Assembly (NCBI RefSeq): GCF_004010195.1
Contig: NC_057732.1
Coordinates: forward strand, 39,531,916 to 39,595,915
Reading direction: 5' to 3'
DNA: 64,000 bases
From: Chiloscyllium plagiosum
Lineage: Eukaryota
Under the pieces are notes generated by a model. That model was not told where the DNA came from, did not search any database, and saw only the letters and a program-made list of their open reading frames with translations. How positions within the stretch are numbered: the first letter of the stretch is position 1; every line of letters starts with the position of its first letter. Made by a program: the position numbers and the translations under genes. Positions 23,122 through 36,814 of this stretch are shown here, one piece after another.

Positions 23122-26062
23122 CAGAACATAGAACATTACAGTGCAGTACAGGCCCTTCGGCCATCAATGTTGGGCCAACCTGTGGAACCAATCTGAAGCC
23201 TCTCTAATCTACACTATTCTATTCTCGTCCGTATGCCTATCCAATGACCATTTAAATGCCCTTAAAGTTGGTGAGTCCAATACTGTTGCAGGCCCCTACT
23301 AGCCTGAGTAATAAAACCACTTCTGACATCTGTCCTATATCTATCACCCCTCAAATTAAAACTATGTCCCCTCATTCTAGCCATTGCCATCCGAGGAAAA
23401 GGCTCTCACTATCCATCCTATCTAACCCTCTGATTATCTTTTATGTCTCAAATAAGTCACCTCTCAACCTTCTTCTCTCTAACGAAAATAGCCTCAAGTT
23501 CCTCAGTCTTTCCTCGTAAGACCTTCTCTCCATACCAGGAGAAAGTGAGGACTGCAGATGTTGGAGACCAGAGTTGAAAAATATGGTGCTGGAAAAACAC
23601 AGCAGGCCAGGCAGCATCCAAGGAGCAGGAGAATCGACGTTTCAGGCGTAAGTCCTTCTTCAGGAATGAGGCTGGTGTGCCAAGCGGGCTGAGATAAAAG
23701 GTAGGGGTGAGGGGCGCTGGGAATACGATAGGTGGAAGGAGGTGAGAGTGATAGGCCGGAGAGGTCGGGAAGAAGATTGCAGGTCAAAAGGGCGGTGCTG
23801 AATCCGGGGGTTGGGACTGAGATAAGGTGGGGGGAGGGGAAATGAGGAAGCTGGAGAAATCTACATTCATCCCATGTGGTTGGAGGGTTCCTCGGCGGAA
23901 GATGAGGCGCTCTTCCTCCAGGCGTCATNNNNNNNNNNNNNNNNNNNNNNNNNNNNNNNNNNNNNNNNNNNNNNNNNNNNNNNNNNNNNNNNNNNNNNNN
24001 NNNNNNNNNNNNNNNNNNNNNNNNNNNNNNNNNNNNNNNNNNNNNNNNNNNNNNNNNNNNNNNNNNNNNNNNNNNNNNNNNNNNNNNNNNNNNNNNNNNN
24101 NNNNNNNNNNNNNNNNNNNNNNNNNNNNNNNNNNNNNNNNNNNNNNNNNNNNNNNNNNNNNNNNNNNNNNNNNNNNNNNNNNNNNNNNNNNNNNNNNNNN
24201 NNNNNNNNNNNNNNNNNNNNNNNNNNNNNNNNNNNNNNNNNNNNNNNNNNNNNNNNNNNNNNNNNNNNNNNNNNNNNNNNNNNNNNNNNNNNNNNNNNNN
24301 NNNNNNNNNNNNNNNNNNNNNNNNNNNNNNNNNNNNNNNNNNNNNNNNNNNNNNNNNNNNNNNNNNNNNNNNNNNNNNNNNNNNNNNNNNNNNNNNNNNN
24401 NNNNNNNNNNNNNNNNNNNNNNNNNNNNNNNNNNNNNNNNNNNNNNNNNNNNNNNNNNNNNNNNNNNNNNNNNNNNNNNNNNNNNNNNNNNNNNNNNNNN
24501 NNNNNNNNNNNNNNNNNNNNNNNNNNNNNNNNNNNNNNNNNNNNNNNNNNNNNNNNNNNNNNNNNNNNNNNNNNNNNNNNNNNNNNNNNNNNNNNNNNNN
24601 NNNNNNNNNNNNNNNNNNNNNNNNNNNNNNNNNNNNNNNNNNNNNNNNNNNNNNNNNNNNNNNNNNNNNNNNNNNNNNNNNNNNNNNNNNNNNNNNNNNN
24701 NNNNNNNNNNNNNNNNNNGGGATGAATGTAGATTTCTTCAGCTTCCTCATTTCCCCTCTTTCCCCCTCCCTACACCTTATCTCAGTCCCAACCCCCGGAT
24801 TCAGTAACGCCCTCTTGACCTGCAATCATCATCTCGACCTCTCCGGCCTATCACCCTCACCTCCTTCCACCTATCGTATTCCCAGCACCCCTCCCCTACC
24901 TTTTATCTCAGCCGGCTTGGCACACCAGCCTCATTCCTGAAGAAGGGCTTATACCCGAAATGTCGATTCTCCTGCTCCTCAGATGCTGCCTGGCCTGCTG
25001 TGTTTTTCCAGCACCACATTTTTCAACTTCCCTCCATACCAGGCAACATCTTAGTAAATCTCCTCTGAACCCGTTCCAAAACTTCCACATCCTTCCTATA
25101 ATCCGGTGACCAGAACTATACGCAATACTCCAAATGTGGCCACACCAGAGTTTTGTACAGCTACAGCATGATCTCATAGTTCCGAAACTCAATCTCTCTA
25201 CCAATAAAAGCTAATACACCATATGCCACCTTAACAACCCTTTCAACCTGGGTGGCAACTTTCAAGGATTGATGTATCTGGACACAGAGATCTCTCTGCT
25301 CATCTGCACTACCAGGAATCTTGCCATTAGCCCAGTACTCTCCATTCCTGTTATTCCTTCCAAAGTGAATTACCTCACACTTGGCTGCATTAAAGTCCAT
25401 TTACTACCTCTCGGCCCAACTCTGCAGCTTATCTATGTAACTTTGTAACCTACACAGTCCTTCATCACTGTGTACAACTCCACTGACCTTCGTGTCATCT
25501 GCAAATTTACTAACCCATCCTTTTATGCCCTCATCCAGGGCATTTATAAAAATGACAATCAGCAGTGGACCCAAAACAGATCCTTGTGGTACCCACTAGT
25601 AACTGACCTCCAAAATGAATATTTCCCATCAGCCACCACCCTCTGTTTTCTTTCAGCTAGTCGATTTCTGATCCAAACTGCTAAATCCCCCTCAATCCCA
25701 TGCCGCCTTATTTTATGCAATAGCCTACCAAGAGGAACCTTATCAAATGCCTTACTGAAATCCACATACACCACATCAACTGCTTTACCCTCATCCACTT
25801 GTTTGGTCACCTTCCCAAAGAACTCAATTAGGTTTGTGAGGCACGACCTACTCTTCACAAAACTTGACTATCCCTAATCAACTTATTTCTTGCTAAATGA
25901 TTATAAATCCTACCTCTTCTAACCCTTTCCAACACTTTACCCACAACCAAAGTAAGGCTCACCGGTCTATAATTTCCTGGGTTGTCTCTACTTCCCTTCT
26001 TGAACAAGGGAACATTTGCTATCCTCCAGTCTTCTGGCACTATTCCTGTAGACAATGAGCAC
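23122..26062 (-). mobile_element. CR1 LINE (second subfamily), interrupted by a Penelope fold-back insertion
   Basis: Minus ORFs with RT motifs (GNYRPVSLT, DFSKAFDKVP, KCEVIHFG); 3' tail ACAGAACATAGAACA at about 23121-23135. Confidence 0.9.
23540..25026. mobile_element. Large Penelope family A fold-back insertion spanning an assembly gap
   Basis: Arms at about 23572-23872 and 24719-25027 are reverse complements; TSD CTCCATACCAGG at 23528-23539 / 25032-25043; hammerhead cores at about 23637-23663 (-) and 24937-24964 (+). Confidence 0.85.
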
Positions 26063-26704
26063 TTCATATATACTGGTCATCTTATTATAAGTAGTAAACA
26101 CTGGGTTCATTAAATTTTATTCAAGCTGTCTCCAAGGCACAGAATTACGCTTTTTATTTTAATTAGTGGAAGATGAACAATGTGGCAGTATATGTTAAAC
26201 TTACCGGCTTGTCAAGAAACAGGGACTGGAATTACTCGTAGCTCTACTCTTGCACTTCAACAGAGCTTAACTCTCCACTACAGTCATGTTGTCGGTGGGT
26301 AGGATGTAAAGTTGGTGTTACATTTGATCATCCAACACATTAGGTTGAAATTGTCCCCCTATTAATCAAGAATGCACTGCCTGAATGGAAATTTAAAGCA
26401 GTTTCAGTCGTCCCTTTCAAAATTATTTGGATAAATACTTGGTGAAATAATTTACAGGACTTTGGGAATAGAGTGGGGCAAGTGTGACAACGCAGGAAGC
26501 TGTTCTGAAGAAGGGATGAATCCCTGGACTTCATAATTCTTACTGTCACAAGCACAGCTGGTTGGGTTCTCTGGGAACTAATTGGCTGCAACCCTGACTG
26601 ACCTCCCCTTCTTGATTCAGGGTTGACTCTAACTGAACTGACGACTGAAAACCCAAGATCTTCCTGTGTCTTTGGCTCTCCTGTTCATTGCCTCTAGTGA
26701 ATAG

Positions 26705-26971
<267 letters not shown>

Positions 26972-27424
26972 TGATTCCTGTATGCTGGTAACACTGCTAG
27001 ATGAACTTATGGATAATAATTTTCATGTTTCCATGGAATTGCATAGAACAGCACAGAAATAAGCCACTTGACAACAGCATGCTATTATAATGCAAAGCTG
27101 TCTATTGTTCAGTTAACAAATGTGATAGTTTTTCCATATAGTGTGACATCAGGTGGAATGGTGAGTTGATTTGTTGTTGAGGGAGGAATATAGATAAGGG
27201 CATCAGGAAGTCTTACTAAGACCAACACAAAAGAATTTGAATGTGTAGGAAATATTTTTATTCCAAGTCAGGTTTAAAGATGACACCCCCAACAATCCAT
27301 GCACTGCTGCTCCCTCAGTACTGCAGGAGATGCTAGCCTGAATTAAGTGCTCAGACGGAACAATGGATCTTAGCTTCAGTTATGTGTTTGAGCCCACCTT
27401 AAGAAATGTGTAGTTAATTATTAA

Positions 27425-27709
<285 letters not shown>

Positions 27710-28085
27710 TAATTGTGATTTTTCCCATCCTCCTTTTGTCATCACCATTTGCCAACTGTGGATTTTAAAATTATTTTAGAGAGCTGTAGCTCTGTTTGCA
27801 AAGGAGGACAACACAGCAGTCGGATGAATGGCTGGTGAATGCTGATGCAACCACCAGGGGAACGTTCTGCTCCTCTTAGTGCCGCGCAGAGTTCCCAGAG
27901 ACAAATTCAGCAGTATTGGCATGTATTATAAACTCGCCTGCTGTAACTGGACTTGAGCCAACTGCCTTCATTTACTTGGGTGTCATGTCACTCTTGAACC
28001 TCAAGCCTCCAAAATTGATCCTTAGTTTGGTTCAGCATTGTTGGAAGAGTGGAAGTGCTGTTATTAAAGGTTAGAAAGGGAGACT

Positions 28086-30570
28086 TAGAGTCATAGAGAT
28101 ATAAGCTTGGAAACAAACCCTTCGGTCCAACCTGTCCATGCCGACCAGATATCCCAATCTAGTCCCACCTGACAGCACCCGACCCATATCCCTTCAAACC
28201 CTTCCTATTCATATACCCATCCAAATGCCTCTTAAATGTTGCAATTGTACCAGCCTCCACCACATCCTCTGGCAGCTCATTCCATACGCGTACCACCCTC
28301 TGCGTGAAAAGGTTGCCCCTTAGGTCCCTTTTATATCTTTCCCCTTGCACCCTAAACCTATGCCCTCTAGTTCTGGACTCCCTGACCCCAGGGAAAAGAC
28401 TTTGTCTATTTATCCTATCTATGCCCCTCATAATTTTGTAAACCTCTATAAGGTCACCCCTCAGCCTCCAACACTCCAGGGAAAATAGCCCCAGCCTGTT
28501 CAGCCTCTCCCTGCAGCTCAAATCCTCCAACCCTGGCAACATCCTTGTAAATCTTTTCTGAGCCCTTTCAAGTTTCACAACATCTTTCTGATAGGAAGGA
28601 GACCAGAATTGCATACAATATTCCAAGAGTGACCTAACCAAATGTCCTGTACAGATGCAGCATGACCTCCAACTCCTGTACTCAATATTCTGACCAATAA
28701 AGGAAAGCATACCAAATGCCTTCTTCACAATCCTATCTACCTGCGACTCCACTTTCAAGTAGCTATGAACCTGCACTTCAAGGTCTCTTTGTTCAGCAAC
28801 ACTCCCTAGGACCTTACCATTAAGTGTATAAGTCCTGCTAAGATTTGCTTTCCCAAAATGCAGCACGTTGCATTTATCTGGATTAAACTCCATCTGCCAC
28901 TTCTCAGCCCATTGGCCCATCTGGTCCAGATCCTGTTGTAATCTGAGGTAACCCTCTTTGCTGTCCACTACACCTCCAATTTTACTGTCAACTGCAAACT
29001 TACTAACTATACCTCTTATGATCGCATCCAAATCATTTATGTAAATGACAAAAGGTAGAGGGCCCAGCACCGATCCTTGTGGCACTCCACTGGTCACAGG
29101 CCTCCAGTCTGAAAAACAACCCTCCACCACCACCCTCTGTCTTCTACCTTTGAGTCAGTTCTGTATTTAAATGGCTAGTTCTCCATGTATTCCATGAGAT
29201 CTAACCTTGCTAATCAGTCTCCCATGGGGAACTTTGTCGAACACCTTACTGAAGTCCACATCGATCACATCTACTACTCTGCCCTCATCAATCATCTTTG
29301 TTACTTCTTCAAAAAACTCAATCAAGTTTGTGAGACATGATTTCCCACACACCAAAGCCATGTTGACTATCCCGAATTAGTCCTTGCCTTTCCAAATACA
29401 TGTACGTCCTGTCCCTCAGGATTCCCTCCAACAACTTGCCCATCACTGAGGTCAGACTCACTGGTCTATTATTCCCTGGCTTGTCTTTACCGCCCTTCTT
29501 AAACTGGCACCATGTTTGCCAACCTCCAGTCTTCTGGCCACTCACCTGTGACTATCGATAATAAAAATATCTCAGCAAGAGGCCCAGCAATCACTTCTCT
29601 AGCTTCCCACAGAGTTCTTGGGTATACCTGATCAGGTCCTAGGGATTTATCCACCTTTAACTGTTTCAAGACATCCAGCACTTCCTCCTCTGTAATCTGG
29701 ACATTTTGCAAAATGTCACCATCTATTTCCCTACAGTCTAAATCTTCCATATCCTTTTCCACAGTAAATACTGATGCAAAATANNNNNNNNNNNNNNNNN
29801 NNNNNNNNNNNNNNNNNNNNNNNNNNNNNNNNNNNNNNNNNNNNNNNNNNNNNNNNNNNNNNNNNNNNNNNNNNNNNNNNNNNNNNNNNNNNNNNNNNNN
29901 NNNNNNNNNNNNNNNNNNNNNNNNNNNNNNNNNNNNNNNNNNNNNNNNNNNNNNNNNNNNNNNNNNNNNNNNNNNNNNNNNNNNNNNNNNNNNNNNNNNN
30001 NNNNNNNNNNNNNNNNNNNNNNNNNNNNNNNNNNNNNNNNNNNNNNNNNNNNNNNNNNNNNNNNNNNNNNNNNNNNNNNNNNNNNNNNNNNNNNNNNNNN
30101 NNNNNNNNNNNNNNNNACACCTCAGTCACCTGCCCTGTCTTATTTCCCAAGAGTAGGTCAAGTTTTGCACCTTTTCTAGTAGGTACATCCACATATTGAA
30201 TCAGAAAATTGTCTTGTACGCACTTAAGAAATTCCTCTCCATCTAAACCCTTAACACTATGGTAGTCCCAGTTGATGTTTGGAAAGTTAAAATCCCCTAC
30301 CATAACTTTCCTATTATTCTTACAGATAGCTGAGATCTCCTTACATGTTTGTTTCTCAATTTCCCTCTGACTATTAGGGGATCTATAATACAATCCCAAT
30401 AAGGTGATCATCCCTTTCTTATTTCTCAGTTCCACCCAAATAACTTCCCTGGATGTATTTCCGGGAATATCCTCCCTCAGCACAGCTGTAATGCTATCCC
30501 TTATCAAAAATGCCACTCCCCCTCCTCTCTTGTCTCCCTTTCTATCCTTCCTGTAGCATTTGTATCCTGT
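28086..30570 (-). mobile_element. CR1 LINE ORF2 (APE endonuclease plus RT), decayed, with an internal gap
   Basis: Minus ORFs: endonuclease RKDR..RGGGVA, GLYYRSP, MVGDFNFP, LDLLL; [28 protein letters not shown]. Confidence 0.94.
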
Positions 30571-30682
30571 GTATTTATACAGCACTTTTCATAACCACTG
30601 GGCACCCAAAAGTCATTTTAAAGTGTTGTAACAGTGGAGCTGGTGATATATTAACAATCTCACTGGACTGTCTGTGTTCTGC

Positions 30683-31060
30683 AGAGATCATTCCCTCTGC
30701 GACTCCCTTGTTAGGTCCAACCCACCCTCCACTCCTGGCACCTTCCCTTGCTACCGCAAGAGGCGCAAAACCTACGCCTACGCCCACGCCTCCCCACTCA
30801 TCTCCATCTAATGCCCTAAAGGATCCTTCCACATCTGACAGAGGTTTACCTGTACCTCCACATATGTCATCTACTGTGTCCGTTGTGTCTGATGTGGACT
30901 CCTGTAAATTGGGGAGACAGGATACCAACTTGACGAACGTTTCAGAGAACGTCTCTGGGACTCATGTACTAAACCACCCCACCACCTTGTGGCTGAACAC
31001 TTCAAACTTCCCCTCCCACTCCACCAAGGACGTGCAAGTGGGCCACCTCCACCACCGTGT
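30683..31060 (+). mobile_element. Penelope-like element GIY-YIG endonuclease fragment (Neptune-type, pseudogenised)
   Basis: Manual translation: RDHSLCDSLVRS..PGTFPCYRK and RFTCTSTYVIYCVRCV*CGLL*IGETGYQLDERFRE..VAEHF, i.e. the VIY/YIG motif with Cys-rich linker and stop codons. Confidence 0.8.
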
Positions 31061-31462
31061 CTTTTTGGGAAGGAAATCTGGCATCCTTACCTCATCTGGA
31101 CTATATGTGACAGTAGATCCCTAGCAATGTAGTTAAGTCTTAATTGCTCTCTGAAATGATCTAGTGAAATACTCTGTTAAACAACAACTTTCCAGTAACA
31201 CCTACATCCTGTGAAATAATATTTTTGTAAAATAGAAAATAAATGTCATAAGGTTCCACAAATAGCAATGTGATAATTACCACGCAATTAATTTGATGTT
31301 GTTTTGGTGATAAGTATTGGTTAGAACATGGGGTAGAATTTGCTGCTTCTCTCGGAAATGATGCCCCAAGATCTTTTGCATCCACCTGAGGGACAGTTGA
31401 AGTATAAAGTTAATGTACAGATTTAAAAACAGATTTAAGTTTTATGTTCAAGCTTGGAATGA

Positions 31463-31576
<114 letters not shown>

Positions 31577-32284
31577 TGAATTCTCCTGATATCATTTAGT
31601 AATTAAGATAAATTCTGCTTTATCATATTGCATTCATAAAGATGACCACTTTCAATCTATCAAAAACTCTGCTGTAACTGGACTTAAACCCACTCTAAAT
31701 CTCCCCTCTAACTTTCTTGATTTTCCAAATTGCTCAACTAAAATTTCTGACTACCCACTGAAAGAGGGAAATGAAGGCATGTAGTTTCTACCTCTGCCTA
31801 TACCAAGCTGTCTCATAGAAGCATAGGCTTAGAAACTAGGAGCAGGAGTAGGCCATTCAGCCCTCTGCTCTGGCATTCAGTATGATCATGGCTGATTCTG
31901 TACCAAAATGCCCTTTATGCTTTCTCCTCATACTCCCTGATGCCTTTAAAATCTAAAAATTCATCTACCTCTTGATTGTATTCAGTGATTCTTCTCAGAA
32001 TGATCTAAGCTTCCAACAATTCTGTGAACAAAATCAGGGAGGATGTACGTGTCAAAGATCCTGAGATCAGTGCAAAATTTACTTTCCAGTTCCTGTCACC
32101 CCCTCCAGTATGTGAGATCTTTGCATGCAGTATATTGACAGTCTGGCAAGCAAGGCCACAGTCCTACATTTCTCTATAGCCTGGTGAACGTTACTGAATC
32201 CACCTATTTTTAAACTTCACAAAGATTTTTATTTTTCTCAATACCTCAATGCATATGAGCTATTTGCCTGAGTCTTCCTTCTAG

Positions 32285-32402
32285 GAGAAAGTGTGGACTG
32301 CAGATGTCATTCCTGATGAAGTGCTTATGCTCTAAACGTCGATTCTCCTGCACCTCGGATACTGTCTGACCAGCTGTGCTTTTCCAGCACCACACTTTTC
32401 AA
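32285..32402. mobile_element. Short Penelope family A rearranged fragment
   Basis: GAGAAAGTGTGGACTGCAGATG followed by an inverted part beginning TCATTCCTGATGAAG; degenerate hammerhead core at 32313-32340. Confidence 0.7.
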
Positions 32403-33409
32403 TTGAGACTTTCTCCCCAATTTTTTTCATTTCTCCCTCCTGTTTTTCTCCTTCTTCAGTAGGCCGTCTGACTTTGTTCAGAGTTTGGAATAATATTATA
32501 AGTAAAACAGTTAAATTGAGGGCAGTTACCTTAAACTTTGCAGGTGAGCATGGATGAATGGAAGGAGGCATTATAACTAGGAGGCTCTGTGCTGACAATA
32601 ATACACGGGCACTTGCCAATTTAATCAGGATTGTGTCCCCTTTCCTGCCAAACTAGTTGCAGCATTCTATGCATAGATACTCAGCCAGATCAGCTAACGT
32701 AAACCTAAGATAAACTGGGATTTCTTAGTTTGTGTGGTATTTGATACAAGATACAGAGGAGCATTTATCTAGTTAGCCACCAGGTGGTGTTCAAGGGTGG
32801 TTAATTGGTTTGGAGTCTCTGCATAAAGTGCTTCTGTTCAGTTAATCATTGGTTTGAAGAATAAACAAAGCCTGCTCTCTTTTTAAATGAATCAAGTTTT
32901 TCTCATTGTATGATTTGGCAGCTAGGTAGAATTGTAATAAAGAGTTTGGCATGCACTGTGACCTTCATGTCCTCTGTCACAAAATACTTCACAATCTTTT
33001 CAGATGCAGCAGTCAATATGTGCACAACAAGCTCACACCATCTGTAAATGAGATGATCAGATCATTTTGAAATTGGTAACTGTGGTTGTGGGCAGAGTGT
33101 CAGTTAGGACACAAGCAGAACCACTTATGAGATGCTATCTCCTAGTGCATTGCTTTCTCAATTCTGTATTGGGCTATCAGCCTAGCTAATGTTATATGCA
33201 TTCCTTTATAAGGGCTGCCTGTTCTGGAGTTGATTAATGGGGGAATGTATCCTGGCGTTAGTTACTTGCCCAGATACTAAGAAAACCTTTTTTTAAAAAG
33301 GGCCTTGCCCAAAAAAATTAATTGGTTATTAATTGTCCTTTTGAACAAATATTGGAATGCAATTTGCGTGATCAATATATACTTATTTATTTTGTTTTTG
33401 TATTAACAG

Positions 33410-33464
33410 GAGAGTGAATCTGGGTTTGTCTGGAGTGAACGTTCTTTGGATTTTTGGAGAGTAA
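33410..33464 (+). CDS. TMEM209: TMEM209 last coding exon
   Basis: RVNLGLSGVNVLWIFGE-stop (TAA at 33462-33464), matching the TMEM209 C-terminus. The 14 exons sum to 1695 nt = 564 aa plus stop with no frameshift. Confidence 0.96.
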
Positions 33465-36400
33465 GAACAATTGCCAGGAGATGTAACTAAAAATATGTAT
33501 TTGATTTGTGCAGAAGTTGAACAGATTCAGCATTTTGGCACCTCACTTCACTTCTACAACCCCCTTCCGGCATCCCATCATCTTTCTTCTTGACCTTTCT
33601 TATACTGACAATTGGCAGAAATATGGGGTGCTGGACCAGAAAGTCTGAAGCCAACATTAGAATTTTTCTCTCTGAACCTCCTGAGGTTGTGTGCTCACTA
33701 AATGTTTGTCTGGCTGCTGTGCAGCTGCTTCAGTACAGAGAAACTTTTTTTCAAAACGAAAGCTTTTATCGCTCCTAATGTTTAAAGGAAAAGGCCTCTT
33801 TTATAATGACCAGTGGAAGTATGTAATTTTCATGCTCTTCAAAGTATTACGTGAAGTAGCAAAACCCTGCTGTATTTGTTATGAAAGAAGAGTATCAACT
33901 CCTGTCAGTATCATAGTATTTCTGTTCGGGCAAAGGAATTGTTGTACAGAGCATCTGAGGGTGGGAGAGACAGAACTTGTGTTTTCTTTGCTTGTCTGTA
34001 AGGGCACAGAATAGATGCCTCAAACTATGGAATAATGGCACCACTGCCCTAGGTCATGTGTCTGATCTTGCTCTGTTTTTATATTAATGAAGTTAACTCC
34101 TCCATGCTGAAACTTTTATTCATATTTTTATATACTGAACAGCCTTGATGCAAGTACTGTGCAAATTGCTTGAGTTGTTTAGGTAGGTTGTCAAAAGATG
34201 CAGTCTGTTTCAATTTATAAATGCCTGAGCATGAATGTTAGTGAAACCGAGGTTCACCAGTTTTACTGGGAGCTGATGGGTAAAGGCAAATACTGGATGC
34301 AGTCTCAGCTCTGTAATCAGTTTAAATCGTTATGATAAATGTAAGCTACTCTAAAGGTCCTATGTATTTAATGTGGGCTGCTTCAATCTACCTCCCAGTA
34401 CATAATTTGTCCTTCCCAGTTCAAGGAGTGGTTCATCTCGTGTTGCTGAAGACCTCTATCGATCCCCAAAATGGAAAGGCACTTTACTGTGAAACAAATC
34501 TAGAAAGTGCTGGACCTGCACCTCGGAATTGTGCTCTTCCCCTCAAGCCGCCCGCTCTCCTTCAGTGATGACTACAGTTTTGTAATATTATTGAGCAAGT
34601 TCAACTGACTCATACGTCAGAGATCCTAATATATTAGATATCTTTTTCCATATTTTAATTTTTTTAAGTTAAACCATCAAAACCAGGTCTGCCTCGACAT
34701 TCAGTTCAAGGATTGCATTTAAGTGAGTTGCTCTATTTAAAGAAAGCTTGTACTCTACGCTCCTCTCCATTTTGAGCAGCACTAACTGAAGCACTGGGTT
34801 GGCTCATAAAAGCAAAGTAGTGTGCATATTGGAGATATAAAATAAAAACAAATTGCTGAAGAAACACAGCAGGTCTGGCATTATCTGTGAGGAGAGAAAG
34901 TGTTAAAGTTATGAGTCCAATGTATTTTTTGGAATGGAAGGAGAGTGGAATAAAATTTTTTCATAGTGTTGACAAAGGGCAAGGAGGGAAGAGAAGCGAG
35001 TGGAACAGATAGTGAGGTTCCCCACAGTAAATGACAGAGATTGCTAATGGTAGTCCTTTGGCTGTTTTGGGCAAAGCTGAGGCCTTTCGAACTATTTGGT
35101 TTGGTCAATGACAACAACCCCCCCCCCCCCCAAGAAAAAGTCAGCATTCATTTCATTCCCAAAACTCTGGCTAGACTGATATCCTGATTTCCTTTCTAAA
35201 CAGCCGGGACCCTCTGTTACAAGTGACTAAGCATGAATGCGATTGGTCCTCCTGTAACTGCTTCTCAGTGCCCACCATTGGGTGCTCTGCAGTCCTTTGG
35301 GTGAATAGCTATTTGAAGGAAATACTGACTGATCTCTGTGAAATTCAGTTGGTGCCCTCTGGGAGGGATATTAAAGAGCAGTTGTTACTCATTCAGAGTG
35401 GCAATAGAAGTGGCTGGTGTGGAATATGGGAAAAAAATATCTGGTGTGATAGCAGGAACTCTGCTGATATTGTGACTGAGCAGTGAAGTGGAACTTTACA
35501 TTTATCCTAGTCCTATCTGATCAAGGAGATTCTGAGGGGCACTATCAGGAATGTAACTGCATCTAATGAAGTTGCTAAGCCTGGCTGAATAATTTAACAA
35601 TGTTAGATTTGATACTGATGGGCATTTGTCTTGAAGAGATTGCTGTCTCTATTTTTCTGAAGGGATGTGAAAGTGGTATTGAAATGTTGGATCTATTGAT
35701 CTTGGGACACTGCAGATACTAATTTTGGAAATTTGTAATGTAATGGAACTGTCATGATTTCTACTTATTCTTGTAACTATCCCAAAGATTTACAATAATT
35801 TACAGATATTCATGTGTTCTGGCCTCTTCAGTTTCTTCTACTTATGCATTTCATTGAAGCCAGCACTGAACTGTACATGGCAAAGGACTGTCTTCAGATA
35901 GCAGCATGAGACAGAAGAGTTAAAATATAAACAGAAGGTCAAACAGCAGTAACTAATGATTTGCCAGTAATAAAGGTTGTATCATTTAAACTGGCGTGGA
36001 TGAAACTATTGGAGGACTGTTGGAAAGGAAGAATGGCAAAAGCTCACCTTGTTCACTATGGAGTGCTGGATTTAGAACACTACATTCTACAGACAACATT
36101 CTCATTGGAGTCTGGCCAATCATTGACAAATAAACAGAAATTCAGCTCTGCTGTTTACCATGTAATAACAGATCTTGAAACAATCTTGTCATTGCAGTTA
36201 CAACCAATCAGTACTCATTCAATGCAGTTTCACTTTGTTCTTCAGCTCCAGTAGGGGCAAGGGAAAGACCCAACAACTGGGCAGTGCACAAATTTAAAAA
36301 TATTATTTTTCTGCAATGTTATGACATCATTGACGTGTCATTCTGTAATGTTTAGGCATTGATAGTTCCAGAATTTAAGAGTAAAATGTTAATGTGTTTG

Positions 36401-36814
36401 CTTCACTGAAACCCAACACTAGTGGTGTGAAACATCATCGGCAGTTATGTTGTCCATTGCTGAGAATCACTATTGGTTGTGATGAGAAACATCGGGCAAG
36501 GCATAATGTGGACTTGTTGTTTTCGGGGTATCTTGTGCATCTGTCTGAGCAAGCAGAAAACAACACCTTATTCTTTCGCACGCTAAATATTATATTAATT
36601 ATCAACTTATGTGACACATTCCAGCTGTAGTAGGACTTGAACCTACAAGCCACAGACTAGGAAGTGGAAGTGCCAGCATCAGAACGAAAGTGACACTTTT
36701 TCCCCAGAGAGAGAAAATAGGCTCAGAGGGCTTAACATTGAACCAACAAAACTACTAGTATGGGAGTTGGAAAAGATCGATGCTGGGAGAAGCCACTAAA
36801 AGATTGCATCCTGA

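Noticed and set aside
28159-29133. 324-aa ORF as a host gene or active retrotransposon
   Set aside because: It is a CR1 RT fragment with neighbouring frameshifts and an altered catalytic motif (KFAVDS instead of KFADD).
30510-31124. 204-aa Pro/Ser-rich ORF as a novel gene
   Set aside because: It is an off-frame reading across a CR1 end and the Penelope endonuclease relic.
33465-36000. TMEM209 polyadenylation site
   Set aside because: There are several AATAAA hexamers (e.g. 34841, inside a repeat) and no way to choose among them from sequence alone.
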